From Vulcanimicrobiota bacterium (lineage in GTDB: Bacteria; Vulcanimicrobiota; Vulcanimicrobiia; Vulcanimicrobiales; Vulcanimicrobiaceae), in the NCBI GenBank assembly GCA_963838895.1, contig CAWIST010000003.1, positions 8,552-72,551 on the forward strand: a stretch of DNA of 64,000 nt, given 5' to 3'. The notes below the pieces were generated by a model, which saw only the letters and a program-made list of their open reading frames with translations, ran no database searches and was not told where the DNA came from. A program made the position numbers and the translations under genes. Shown here piece by piece: positions 18,703 through 27,795 of the stretch (its first letter is position 1; each line of letters opens with the position of its first letter).

Positions 18703-18775
18703 GCGCGGGTGGGGAGCGCAGCGGATGGTCCAGTCCCTTTTGGGGCGCCTCTTCGAGCCGCCGCCTTCGGGTACG

Positions 18776-18941
18776 CGTGGAGACGGAGTGTCCCAATCGG
18801 AGAAGTTGCAACTTTTTTGGACGTTTTCACACGGACGTGAAACTTCAAAACTTCGTTCTTCCAAAGGTGCCGCGTATATGCGCGAGCGAGCCCGGACGGC
18901 GAGCGAGCCGCGGTTCGACGATGGGGCGCCCCGTCTTCACG
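18776..18941 (+). mobile_element. Interspersed ~160-nt element, copy B
   Basis: Arms are CGTGGAGACGGAGTGTCCCAATC / GATGGGGCGCCCCGTCTTCACG (3 wobble positions, 1 mismatch, 1 bulge) around the shared core. Confidence 0.6.
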
Positions 18942-18956
18942 TGGACGCCGGAGGCG

Positions 18957-19277
18957 CTAGTAGTTTAGCCTGAGGTCGTAGCGGCAGGTGTTGAAGGCGC
19001 CTTCGGTCGCAACGTGCCCGTTGCGCCAGATGACGCGGATGTCTTCCAGGCAGCCCTCGCCGATCGTGAAGTTCGCCGATTGGCCTGAGAAGAGGAAGTT
19101 GTTGCCGAGCAGATCCGGCCCCCACATGCGGCGGTTGATCCCCGAGATATTGATGGTCTGGACGGCGTGCGAACCGGCGTTCACTACGCGCAGATTATGC
19201 GCCGCAAACGACGGAGCAGCGCACGCTAGGGTTGCAGCAGCGGCAAATGCCAGCGCGAGAGAGAGCCTTCTTAGCAT
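18957..19277 (-). CDS. Small secreted protein of unknown function (paralog 1)
   Basis: Signal peptide MLRRLSLALAFAAAATLACAAPSFA. Shares WGPDLLG...IGEGC.ED.R.I..NG....NTC.Y.L.L.Y with the next gene. AAGGTG RBS. Confidence 0.75.
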   Translation of the reverse strand: MLRRLSLALAFAAAATLACAAPSFAAHNLRVVNAGSHAVQTINISGINRRMWGPDLLGNNFLFSGQSANFTIGEGCLEDIRVIWRNGHVATEGAFNTCRYDLRLNY

Positions 19278-19293
19278 GCTTTCACCTTTCGTC

Positions 19294-19614
19294 TTAGTAC
19301 GTTAGATTCAAGTTATAGGCGCACGTGTTGATGTTGCCGCGCACGATCGTATAGCCGTTGGTGTAGATGATTCGGACATCTTCGGCGCATCCTTCGCCGA
19401 TATTGAACGTGTCGCGCACGCCGGGACGCAAGACATATCTGCCGAGCAGGTCCGGCCCCCAGAGACTCCGATTCACACCCGAGATCTGAATGTGATACGC
19501 GGTGTGGCTCCCGTTGTTGAAGATAACGAACCGGTGCGAGGCATACGCCGGGGCGACCGAAGCGAGGGTCGCGGCGATGCTCAGCACGAGAAAAAGAGCG
19601 GCTTTCTTGAACAT
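19294..19614 (-). CDS. Small secreted protein of unknown function (paralog 2)
   Basis: Signal peptide MFKKAALFLVLSIAATLASVAPAYA. AAGGTGG RBS. Same motif set as 18957..19277. Confidence 0.75.
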   Translation of the reverse strand: MFKKAALFLVLSIAATLASVAPAYASHRFVIFNNGSHTAYHIQISGVNRSLWGPDLLGRYVLRPGVRDTFNIGEGCAEDVRIIYTNGYTIVRGNINTCAYNLNLTY

Positions 19615-19701
19615 CCAGTTCCACCTTTCTATGGCGAAGAGACAGCCAGGCTGCTGCCTCTTACGCCCTTACGGTGACATGCCCCTTGCCCGGCACAGTC
19701 C

Positions 19702-20871
19702 CTACTCGAAGGCCGAGAGCCCCGTAATGGCCTGCCCCAGAATCAGCGTGTGCACCTCGTGGGTGCCTTCGTAGGTGGAGACCGACTCGAGGTTATTCAT
19801 GTGGCGGATGACCGGATACTCGAGCGTGACGCCGTTGGCTCCGAGCAGCGCCCGCGCCGAGCGGGCGATCTCGAGGGCTGCTCGCACGTTGTTCAGTTTT
19901 CCGAAGCTCACCTGTGCCGGATGCAGGCGCCCTTCTTCCTTCATTCGCCCGAGATGCAAGGCGAGCAGCGTCCCCTTTTGCAGTTCGAGCAGCATCTCGA
20001 CCAAGCGCTGCTGGATCAACTGGAATCCGGCGATCGGGCGATCGAACTGCACGCGCGTCTTCGCATACTGCAGCGCCGTCTCGTAGCAGGTTCGCGCGGC
20101 GCCCATCGAGCCCCAGATCAGACCGAAGCGCGCTTCGCTCAGACACGCAAGCGGCCCCGAGAGACCAGAAGCGCTCTCCAAAATCGCATCGGCCGGAACC
20201 CGTACGCCGGAGAGAGCGAGTTCGCTCGTCACCGACGCGCGCAGCGAGAGTTTTGGGCCCACGTCATGAATCGTGAATCCCCGAAGAGCCGTCGGAACGA
20301 TGAATCCGCGGATTCCGTCCGGTGCTTGCGCCCAGACGATCGCAACGTCGGCGATCCCGCCATTGGTGATCCACATCTTGGTTCCGTCGATGATCCAATC
20401 GGCGCCGTCCCGACGCGCTCGAGTTCGCATCCCGCCTGGATCGCTGCCGAAATCCGGTTCGCTCAAGCCGAAGCAGCCGATGCGCTCGCCGCGCGCCATC
20501 GGCGGCAGCCATTCCCGTTTTTGCGCGTCGCTGCCCCAGCGATGGATTGCATACATCGCAAGCGATCCTTGCACGGATACGAGGCTCCGTACGCCCGAGT
20601 CGCCCGCTTCTAACTCCATGCAGGCCAGGCCGTAGGCAACGGCACCGCTGCCGGCGCAGCCGTACCCTTGCAGTTGCATTCCGAGCAAGCCCAGCTCGCC
20701 CAACTCGCGCACGAGTTCCTTTGGAAGAATCCCCGCCTCGAACCAGGCCGCAATCTCCGGCAGTACGCGATCGCGCACCCAGGCGCGCGCGGTGCCGCGC
20801 ATCATCCGCTCCTCGTCGGAGAGCGACGCGTCGAGAGCGAGGAAGTCGAGGGGATCCGGCGCCGCCGCCAT
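19702..20871 (-). CDS. Acyl-CoA dehydrogenase, glutaryl-CoA dehydrogenase-like
   Basis: 389 aa with ...GCFGLSEPDFGSDPGGMRTRARRDGADWIIDGTKMWITNG...YEGTHEVHTLILG... Confidence 0.8.
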   Translation of the reverse strand: MAAAPDPLDFLALDASLSDEERMMRGTARAWVRDRVLPEIAAWFEAGILPKELVRELGELGLLGMQLQGYGCAGSGAVAYGLACMELEAGDSGVRSLVSVQGSLAMYAIHRWGSDAQKREWLPPMARGERIGCFGLSEPDFGSDPGGMRTRARRDGADWIIDGTKMWITNGGIADVAIVWAQAPDGIRGFIVPTALRGFTIHDVGPKLSLRASVTSELALSGVRVPADAILESASGLSGPLACLSEARFGLIWGSMGAARTCYETALQYAKTRVQFDRPIAGFQLIQQRLVEMLLELQKGTLLALHLGRMKEEGRLHPAQVSFGKLNNVRAALEIARSARALLGANGVTLEYPVIRHMNNLESVSTYEGTHEVHTLILGQAITGLSAFE

Positions 20872-20872
20872 C

Positions 20873-21874
20873 TTAGCGGTTGACGAAGCTCATGTCCGGG
20901 TAGCGCGCACCGCTCGCGGCATCCGGCGGAAAGATTTCGTTCAGCTCCGCTACGTCGCCGGCGGAGAGATCGACCTGGAGCGCCCCGACGTTCTCCTCCA
21001 AATACTTCACGCGCTTGGTTCCCGGAATCGGCACGACGTCGTCGCCGCTTGCAAGGAGCCACGCGAGCGCAAGCTGGGAGGGGGTGCAGCCCTTGGCCTT
21101 CGCGACGCGCTCGACTTCGCGCACCAACTTCAAGTTCTTCTCGAAGTTCTCGCCTTGGAAGCGCGGCGAATGCGCTCGAAAATCGTCCGGCGTGAAGTCG
21201 CTCGGGCTCCCGATCGACCCGGTGAGAAAGCCGCGGCCGAGCGGACTATACGCGACCAGCCCGACCCCGAACTCGCGCGCGGTCTCGAGTTGACCGTTGC
21301 TCTCCAGGTCACGCGACCACAGCGACCATTCGTTCTGGAGGGCCGCGATCGCGTGGACGGCGTGAGCGCGACGGATGTTCGCGGCGCTCGCCTCCGAGAG
21401 CCCGAGGAAGCGCACCTTTCCCGCGGTGACCAACTCGGACATCGCGCCGACGGTCTCCTCGATCGGAACGCTCGTATCGACGCGATGCTGATAGTAGAGG
21501 TCGATGTGATCGACGCCAAGGCGTTGCAGCGACGCATCGCACGCGGAGTGCACGTACGCCGGGTGCCCGTCGATGCGTCGCTCCGACGAGTCGCCGGAAC
21601 CGCGCACGATGCCGAATTTCGTCGCGAGCACGACGCCGTCGCGCCGGCCGCGGATCGCCTTGCCGACGAGCCGCTCGTTTTCACCGTTACCGTACATGTC
21701 GGCCGTGTCGAGGAAGGTGACGCCGAGTTCGAGTGCCCGGTGGATCGTCCGAATCGACTCGCCTTCGTCGCCGGGCCCGTAGAACTCCGACATGCCCATG
21801 CAGCCCAAGCCGAGGGCGGAGACGACCAAACCACTTTCCCCGAGTGAACGCCGTTGCATGGGACGCAAAACCAC
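20873..21874 (-). CDS. Aldo/keto reductase family oxidoreductase
   Basis: ...[13 protein letters not shown]...[20 protein letters not shown]... The start is either the GTG at 21874 or the ATG at 21859. Confidence 0.8.
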   Translation of the reverse strand: MVLRPMQRRSLGESGLVVSALGLGCMGMSEFYGPGDEGESIRTIHRALELGVTFLDTADMYGNGENERLVGKAIRGRRDGVVLATKFGIVRGSGDSSERRIDGHPAYVHSACDASLQRLGVDHIDLYYQHRVDTSVPIEETVGAMSELVTAGKVRFLGLSEASAANIRRAHAVHAIAALQNEWSLWSRDLESNGQLETAREFGVGLVAYSPLGRGFLTGSIGSPSDFTPDDFRAHSPRFQGENFEKNLKLVREVERVAKAKGCTPSQLALAWLLASGDDVVPIPGTKRVKYLEENVGALQVDLSAGDVAELNEIFPPDAASGARYPDMSFVNR

Positions 21875-21884
21875 GCTGGGCGGG

Positions 21885-22316
21885 TCAGCGTTTCAGGACT
21901 CGATTGAGCTTGTCGAAGAGCGCCTCCGTCGAGCGCTCGAACTGATCCTCGAAACGCCGCCATAGGAGGCGCCCGTCCGTCTCCGAGAGCTTCGCCTCGA
22001 TGCGGTATTCGAGCGTCGTCGTCTTGCCCTCGGTCGTGAGATAAAAGCCGTGGCGTCCGTCGACGCCCTCGTTGAGGATGCGCCAGACGATCCGCTCCTC
22101 GGGAACGACCTCGGCCAGTATGCTGTGGATCCCGAGGTGCCACTCCTCGGTCTTCCCCACGGTCAATGGCCCCGGCGAGCGCATGAACGGCTGCGAAGCG
22201 AACGGCCAGATCTGATCGCCGGACGTGCCCATCTCCTCGAGCAGATGAAAAATGCGACGTTTCGTTCCCGAGAACGTCCGGGATCTCGACTCGCGCAACT
22301 CAATGGGCATGGCCAA
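21885..22316 (-). CDS. SRPBCC (START/Bet v1-like) superfamily protein
   Basis: 143-aa ORF with length and pattern typical of polyketide-cyclase/AHSA1-like proteins. TTG start 9 nt after GAGGAG. The functional call is weak. Confidence 0.5.
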   Translation of the reverse strand: MAMPIELRESRSRTFSGTKRRIFHLLEEMGTSGDQIWPFASQPFMRSPGPLTVGKTEEWHLGIHSILAEVVPEERIVWRILNEGVDGRHGFYLTTEGKTTTLEYRIEAKLSETDGRLLWRRFEDQFERSTEALFDKLNRVLKR

Positions 22317-22349
22317 GCGGGTTCGCTCCTCGACCCGGGCAATCTTGTG

Positions 22350-22658
22350 TTAGGCCTTCAACTCGATATCTACGCCGGCAGGCAAGTCGAGGTGCATCAG
22401 CGCGTCCATCGTCTTCGGCGACGCCTGAAGGATGTCGATGAGACGCTTGTGGGTGCGCATCTCGAAATGCTCGCGGGATTTCTTGTCGTTGTTCGTCGAG
22501 CGTTGGACGCAGAAGCGATTGATCTCCGTCGGCAGCGGGACCGGCCCGCTGACGAAGGCGCCCGTGCGTTTCGCCGTTTCGACGATGCGCTCGGCGGACT
22601 GATCGAGCACCCGATGATCGTACGCCTTCAGGCGGATCCGTATCTTCTGCTTTGCCAT
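22350..22658 (-). CDS. rpsJ: 30S ribosomal protein S10
   Basis: [34 protein letters not shown]..., 9 nt after the tuf stop. Confidence 0.95.
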   Translation of the reverse strand: MAKQKIRIRLKAYDHRVLDQSAERIVETAKRTGAFVSGPVPLPTEINRFCVQRSTNNDKKSREHFEMRTHKRLIDILQASPKTMDALMHLDLPAGVDIELKA

Positions 22659-22667
22659 CGCCCTAGT

Positions 22668-23867
22668 CTAACCGGTGACCGTGGTGACGACGCCGGCGCC
22701 CACCGTGCGTCCGCCCTCGCGGATGGCGAAGCGCAATCCTTCTTCGCACGCGATCGGCGTGATCAGTTCGACCTCCATCTGCACGTTGTCGCCCGGCATT
22801 ACCATCTCGACGCCCTCCGGCAACTTGATCGTGCCCGTCACGTCCGTGGTGCGGAAGTAGAACTGGGGACGATAGTTTCCGAAGAACGGCGTGTGACGTC
22901 CGCCCTCCTCCTTCGAGAGAACGTAGACTTCGGCTTTGAACTTCTTGTGCGGCTTTACTGAGCCCGGTTTCGCGAGCACCTGTCCGCGCTCGATCTCGGT
23001 TCGCTCGATGCCGCGCAGGAGCACGCCGATGTTGTCGCCGGCGATGCCGATGTCGAGCAACTTGCGGAACATCTCGATCCCGGTCACGACGGTCTTCCGC
23101 GTCTCCTCTTTGAGACCGACGATCTCGACCTCTTCGCCGACCTTCACCTGGCCGCGCTCGACGCGCCCCGTGCCGACCGTACCGCGGCCGGTGATCGTGA
23201 AGACGTCTTCGACCGGCATGAGGAAGGGCTTGTCGATTTCACGTTGCGGCTCCGGAATGTACTGATCGACGGTGTCCATCAACGCGAAGATCGGATCCGC
23301 ATCCGGGTCACCGCGCTTGCCGCTCGACTGAAGCGCCTTGAGCGCCGAACCGCGAATGATCGGCGTTTCGTCGCCGGGATACGAATACTTGTTCAGCAGC
23401 TCGCGCACTTCCAGCTCGACCAATTCGAGCAACTCCTCGTCCTGCACGAGGTCCACCTTGTTCAAGAAGACGACGACGCGGGGAACGCCGACTTGACGCA
23501 TGAGCAGAATGTGCTCGCGCGTCTGCGGCATAGGGCCGTCGGTCGCAGCCACGACGAGGATCGCACCGTCCATCTGCGCCGCGCCGGTGATCATGTTCTT
23601 GATGTAGTCGGCGTGGCCCGGGCAGTCGACGTGCGCATAGTGGCGCTTGGCGGTCTCGTACTCCTGGTGCGAGATCGCGATCGTGATGCCGCGCTCTTTT
23701 TCCTCGGGCGCGTTGTCGATCTCGTCGACGCCGCGCGCGGTGGCGAGCCCCTCGGTCGCAAGGCAGTGCGTAATCGCCGCCGTCAACGTGGTTTTGCCAT
23801 GGTCGATGTGACCCGTCGTGCCGATATTGACGTGCGGTTTCGTCCGCTGGAACTTTGCCTTTGCCAT
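22668..23867 (-). CDS. tuf: Elongation factor Tu
   Basis: [33 protein letters not shown]..., 399 aa. Confidence 0.97.
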   Translation of the reverse strand: MAKAKFQRTKPHVNIGTTGHIDHGKTTLTAAITHCLATEGLATARGVDEIDNAPEEKERGITIAISHQEYETAKRHYAHVDCPGHADYIKNMITGAAQMDGAILVVAATDGPMPQTREHILLMRQVGVPRVVVFLNKVDLVQDEELLELVELEVRELLNKYSYPGDETPIIRGSALKALQSSGKRGDPDADPIFALMDTVDQYIPEPQREIDKPFLMPVEDVFTITGRGTVGTGRVERGQVKVGEEVEIVGLKEETRKTVVTGIEMFRKLLDIGIAGDNIGVLLRGIERTEIERGQVLAKPGSVKPHKKFKAEVYVLSKEEGGRHTPFFGNYRPQFYFRTTDVTGTIKLPEGVEMVMPGDNVQMEVELITPIACEEGLRFAIREGGRTVGAGVVTTVTG

Positions 23868-23886
23868 TATTGCCTTTCCTTGTTAC

Positions 23887-25989
23887 TCATGCTGCCGAAG
23901 TCTTCTTGCTGCCGCCCGATTTCGCGATGATCTCCTCGGTCACGGACTTGGGTGCCTGTTGGTAGTGAGAGAACTCCATCGTGTAGGTCGCACGCCCTTG
24001 CGTTGCCGAGCGCATGTCGGTTGCGTATCCGAACATCTCGGAGAGCGGAACGTGCGCCGTGATCACTTGGGCCCCGCCCGGTGCGTCCTCCGTCGTTTGG
24101 ATCATGCCCCGACGGCGGTTGAGGTCGCCCGTGATATTCCCCATGAAGTCCTTGGGGGTCGTCACCTCGACCTTCATGATCGGCTCGAGCAACACCGGCC
24201 CCGCCGTGCGGTTGGCTTCCTTGAAGCCCATCGACGCGGCAACTTTATAGGCGATCTCGGAGGAGTCGACCTCGTGGTACGAGCCGTCGATCGCCTCCGC
24301 CTTGAAGTCGAGCACCGGATAGCCCGCGAGCACCCCGCTTTGCGCGGCCTCGACGATGCCTTCCTGCACGGCCTTCGAGTACTCCTTCGGAACCGCACCG
24401 CCCCTGATGTTCCACTCGAACACGAAACCCGTCCCCGGCGGTTGCGGCCCGATCCTCAGCGTGACGTCGCCGTACTGCCCGCGTCCGCCGGTCTGGCGGA
24501 TGAACTTGCCGCGCCGCTCGACGCTCTTGGTGATCGCTTCCTTATATGCAACCTGCGGTTTGCCGACGTTGGCCTCGACCTTGAACTCGCGGCGCAGGCG
24601 GTCCAGGATGATCTCCAGGTGCAGCTCGCCCATGCCCGAGATGATCGTCTGCTGCGTCTCCTCGTCGGTCCGCATGCGGAAGGTCGGGTCCTCTTGCGCC
24701 AGGCGCGCGAGCGCCGTGCCGAGCTTGTCCTGATCGGCCTTCGATTTCGGCTCGATCGCCTGCGAGATCACCGGCTCCGGGAAGGTGATCGACTCGAGCG
24801 CGATCGGAGCCTTCTCGTCGCAGAGCGTGTCGCCGGTGCGCGTGTCGGTCAAACCGACCGCCGCGGCGATGTCGCCCGCGCCGATCGAATCGATGTCCTC
24901 GCGGTGGTTCGCATGCATGCGCAGGATGCGCCCGATGCGCTCTTTGCGTCCCGAACGCGAGTTCAGCACGTAACTGCCCTTGTTCAACAGCCCCGAGTAG
25001 ACGCGGAAGTACGTGAGGTTGCCGTAGGGATCGGTTGCGATCTTGAACGCCAATGCGGCAAAAGGCTCGTTGTCGTCGGGCTTGCGTGTGAGCTCGGCGC
25101 CCGTCTTCGGGTCGATGCCGACGATCGGTTTGGCCTCGAGCGGCGAGGGAAGATAGTCCACGATCGCATCGAGCAGCGGCTGAATGCCCTTGTTCTTGAA
25201 CGCGGAGCCGCAGAGCACCGGCAGCACCGTTCCGGCAATCGTCGCGCGGCGCAGAGCCGCCTTCATGCGATCGACCGGTAACTCTTTGCCCTCGAAGAAC
25301 ATCTCGAGCAACGCGTCGTCCTGCTCGGCGATCGCCTCGACGAGTTCGTGCCGCCACTTCAGCGCGGTCTCGCGCAAGGCGCCGGGCTCGACTTCTCCCT
25401 CTTCGGTCGCGGAGCCGAGATCGTCCGTGTAAATGATCTTCTTCATCGTGAAGAGATCGACGACGCCTTTGAAGGCATCCTCGGCGCCGAGCGGCACCTG
25501 AATGGGCACCGCGCGCGCTCCGAGGCGTTCGCGAATCTTCGCGATGACGTTGAAAAAGTCGGCGCCCATCCGATCCATCTTGTTCACGAAAACGATGCGC
25601 GGAACGCGGTACTTGTTGGCTTGGCGCCACACCGTCTCCGATTGCGGCTGCACCGCGGCAACCGAGTCGAAGAGCGCGACCAACCCGTCGAGCACGCGAA
25701 GCGAGCGCTCGACCTCGACGGTAAAGTCCACGTGGCCAGGCGTATCGATGATGTTCACGCGCGTGTCACGCCACACGCAGGCAGTTGCCGCCGACGTGAT
25801 CGTGATGCCGCGTTCCTGCTCTTGGACCATCCAGTCCATCGTCGCGGCGCCGTCGTGAACTTCGCCGAGCTTGTGGACGCGGCCCGTGTAGAAGAGAATG
25901 CGTTCGGTGGACGTCGTCTTGCCGGCATCGATGTGCGCGGCAATGCCGATGTTACGCGTTCGTTCGAGCGGGAAATCCCGTGTTGCCAT
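23887..25989 (-). CDS. fusA: Elongation factor G
   Basis: ORF 23887..26349 trimmed to the ATG at 25989: [36 protein letters not shown]... The upstream 120 codons are an out-of-frame read through rpsG. Confidence 0.95.
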   Translation of the reverse strand: MATRDFPLERTRNIGIAAHIDAGKTTSTERILFYTGRVHKLGEVHDGAATMDWMVQEQERGITITSAATACVWRDTRVNIIDTPGHVDFTVEVERSLRVLDGLVALFDSVAAVQPQSETVWRQANKYRVPRIVFVNKMDRMGADFFNVIAKIRERLGARAVPIQVPLGAEDAFKGVVDLFTMKKIIYTDDLGSATEEGEVEPGALRETALKWRHELVEAIAEQDDALLEMFFEGKELPVDRMKAALRRATIAGTVLPVLCGSAFKNKGIQPLLDAIVDYLPSPLEAKPIVGIDPKTGAELTRKPDDNEPFAALAFKIATDPYGNLTYFRVYSGLLNKGSYVLNSRSGRKERIGRILRMHANHREDIDSIGAGDIAAAVGLTDTRTGDTLCDEKAPIALESITFPEPVISQAIEPKSKADQDKLGTALARLAQEDPTFRMRTDEETQQTIISGMGELHLEIILDRLRREFKVEANVGKPQVAYKEAITKSVERRGKFIRQTGGRGQYGDVTLRIGPQPPGTGFVFEWNIRGGAVPKEYSKAVQEGIVEAAQSGVLAGYPVLDFKAEAIDGSYHEVDSSEIAYKVAASMGFKEANRTAGPVLLEPIMKVEVTTPKDFMGNITGDLNRRRGMIQTTEDAPGGAQVITAHVPLSEMFGYATDMRSATQGRATYTMEFSHYQQAPKSVTEEIIAKSGGSKKTSAA

Positions 25990-26008
25990 GTCGATCTCTC
26001 GGGAACGA

Positions 26009-26479
26009 TTACCAGCGGTAATGTGCGAAGGCTTTGTTGGCCTCGGCCATCTTGTGGGTATCGTCGCGCTTCTTGATCGTGGCGCCCGTGTTGTTTGCGG
26101 CGTCGAGCAGCTCGTTTGCGAGCTTCTCTTCCATCGAGCGGCCGCCGCGCGCACGAGCGAAGGAGATGATCCAACGCATCGCCATCGCCGGCCGGCGATC
26201 GGGACGCACTTCCATAGGCACCTGGTACGTCGCACCGCCGACGCGCCGCGGGCGCACTTCGACCAACGGCATGGCGTTGGAAAGGGCTTGCTGGAACACT
26301 TCGTAGGCGTCGCGCCCGGTCTTTTCCGCAACGATATCGAGCGCGCCATAGGTAATCCGCTCCGCGGTCGATTTCTTGCCGCGTAGCATCACCTTGTTGA
26401 TGAAACGCGCCAAAATACGCGAGTTATATCTCGGATCCGGGAGAATCTGTCGCTTGGGAGCGGGACCTTTACGCGGCAT
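26009..26479 (-). CDS. rpsG: 30S ribosomal protein S7
   Basis: [37 protein letters not shown]... Confidence 0.95.
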   Translation of the reverse strand: MPRKGPAPKRQILPDPRYNSRILARFINKVMLRGKKSTAERITYGALDIVAEKTGRDAYEVFQQALSNAMPLVEVRPRRVGGATYQVPMEVRPDRRPAMAMRWIISFARARGGRSMEEKLANELLDAANNTGATIKKRDDTHKMAEANKAFAHYRW

Positions 26480-26919
26480 TACTTCTTCTTCTCGCGCTTG
26501 GCGCCGTACTTCGAGCGCCCTTGCTTGCGGTTTGCCGTTCCGGCGGTATCGAGCGTTCCGCGAATGATATGGTAGCGCACGCCCGGGAGATCTTTGACGC
26601 GGCCGCCGCGCACGAGCACGACGGAGTGCTCTTGCAGGTTGTGGCCGATACCGGGGATATAGGCGGTGACTTCCTCACCGTTGGTCAGGCGGACGCGCGC
26701 GACCTTACGCAGCGCAGAGTTCGGCTTCTTCGGCGTGACGGTCTTGACTTGCGTGCAGACGCCGCGGCGCTGCGGGTTGCCCCGGACCTCGAACGTCCGG
26801 GTCGGCAAATCGGGATGACCCGGCTTGGGTCCGGTGAGGATCACGCGGAACGCACGGGTCTTGACCTTTCGCTCGGTCTTCTCTCGACCAGCTCGAACCA
26901 GTTGATTGATCGTCGGCAA
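26479..26919 (-). CDS. rpsL: 30S ribosomal protein S12 with a ~21-aa insertion near the N-terminus
   Basis: TTG at 26919: (M)[13 protein letters not shown]...[28 protein letters not shown]... 146 aa, against ~125 for typical S12. Confidence 0.9.
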   Translation of the reverse strand: MPTINQLVRAGREKTERKVKTRAFRVILTGPKPGHPDLPTRTFEVRGNPQRRGVCTQVKTVTPKKPNSALRKVARVRLTNGEEVTAYIPGIGHNLQEHSVVLVRGGRVKDLPGVRYHIIRGTLDTAGTANRKQGRSKYGAKREKKK

Positions 26920-26942
26920 ATTTCTATCCCTAGCCACACAGT

Positions 26943-26980
26943 AAAAAAGAGCCGCACCCCGGGGTGGGCCTGAACCCCGG
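26943..26980 (-). terminator. Terminator-like hairpin plus U-run, with an overlapping alternative hairpin, between tyrA and rpsL
   Basis: Minus strand reads CCGGGGTtcaggcccACCCCGGggtgcggctctttttt. One hairpin pairs CCGGGGT with ACCCCGG. The other is GCCCACC(ccgg)GGTGcGGC followed by TCTTTTTT. Confidence 0.45.
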
Positions 26981-26981
26981 A

Positions 26982-27010
26982 AGTATATCAAGGCGCCTAG
27001 GGGCCGTCAA
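26982..27010 (-). promoter_or_regulatory. Sigma70-type promoter upstream of rpsL (TTGACG-N17-TATACT)
   Basis: Minus strand reads gTTGACGgcccctaggcgccttgaTATACTtcc. The -35 overlaps the tyrA stop codon. Confidence 0.45.
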
Positions 27011-27795
27011 CGGCGGAATACGGCGCGCAGCGGCTCGAATTCGCCGCGCTCGATAGCGGCGCAGATGCTCGACAGCGAGCCGGCGAGCAACTGCCCAGCG
27101 GCCCCGACCTCGTCGGCGTTTGCGGCGAAAATCTCCTTCCAGAGATCGAAGCTCGAGTCGCCCAGCCGCAGGAACTCCAATGCCGCCGGGCCGCAGAGGC
27201 CCTCTGCCTGAGCCCCTCGCAGCCGCATTCCGTTGGCGATCAGAACGGCCACGAGCTGCGGGAGGTGCGAGGTGGCCGCTATCGCCGCGTCGTGGGCCGC
27301 CGCCTCCACGGCTCCCGGTCGCGCACCCAGGGAGAGGATGAACGCGCGTGCGCGTTCATCCAGCGCGACGTCGCCGCTCGGCACGTACGCCCAGCTTCTT
27401 CCTTCGAAGAGGTCCTCGCGCGCCGCCGCAGGGCCGCTGCGCTCGCTACCGGCTAGCGGATGGGAGCCCACGAAATTCCTCAACCCGGCTGCCGCCGCAG
27501 CAACGACGCGTTTGACCGAAGCGACGTCCATCACGAGGTCGCAGGCGGGCGGGCGATCGCGCAGGCGTCGCAACTCCTCGCAGGTGGCGTCGATCGGCGT
27601 TGCAAGCACCACGCAAGCGCAGCGTTCGTACAACGCGTCGCGCGGGACGCGCTCGTCGATCGCTCCGAGGCCGAGCGCGGTCGAGAGGGCGGCTTCATCC
27701 ACGTCAAACCCGAGCACGTGCGTCCCGTTCCTGCTAGCGCGCAGACCGATGGAGCCGCCGATCATCCCCGTGCCGAGAATGCCGAGCCTCTTCAT
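27007..27795 (-). CDS. tyrA: Prephenate dehydrogenase
   Basis: MKRLGILGTGMIGGSIGLRA...FVGSHPLAGSERSGPAAAREDLFEG... Confidence 0.85.
   Translation of the reverse strand: MKRLGILGTGMIGGSIGLRASRNGTHVLGFDVDEAALSTALGLGAIDERVPRDALYERCACVVLATPIDATCEELRRLRDRPPACDLVMDVASVKRVVAAAAAGLRNFVGSHPLAGSERSGPAAAREDLFEGRSWAYVPSGDVALDERARAFILSLGARPGAVEAAAHDAAIAATSHLPQLVAVLIANGMRLRGAQAEGLCGPAALEFLRLGDSSFDLWKEIFAANADEVGAAGQLLAGSLSSICAAIERGEFEPLRAVFRR

Noticed and set aside
18800-18860. CRISPR-repeat-like look of the element core (GTTGCAAC...GTTTTCAC-loop-GTGAAAC).
   Set aside because: Each locus has a single copy, with no regularly spaced repeat-spacer array and no cas genes in the window.
18797-18960. A conserved peptide (LQLFWTFSQGRETSKL...) translated from all copies of the interspersed element. 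It also inflates ORFs 5132..6139, 36411..36983 and 18600..18968.
   Set aside because: There is no usable start: CTG/TTG lies directly after GGAGAAG with no spacer. The frames diverge through indels after ~21 codons, and the substitutions are not biased to synonymous sites. The conservation is at nucleotide or structure level.
1707-22349. Calling the two blocks inside the ribosomal cluster genomic islands, prophage remnants or IS insertions.
   Set aside because: I could find no integrase, transposase, tRNA target, direct repeats or obvious composition shift. Only the small interspersed element marks the borders, so the mechanism stays open.
23818-25281. 487-aa plus-strand ORF opposite fusA, and similar long ORFs at 53249..54829 (+), 56092..57363 (-), 57454..58635 (-), 30087..31280 (-), 33960..35090 (-), 41789..42658 (-), 44651..45565 (-) and 78..869 (+).
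   Set aside because: They are Arg/Ala/Gly/Asp-rich translations with no recognisable motifs. Each lies antisense to a gene with strong homology-type evidence. These are the shadow ORFs expected in GC-rich DNA.
25990-26349. N-terminal 120-codon extension of the fusA ORF (ORF track 23887..26349).
   Set aside because: It overlaps rpsG out of frame and is Arg/Ser-rich nonsense. The canonical EF-G start [16 protein letters not shown] lies at 25989.
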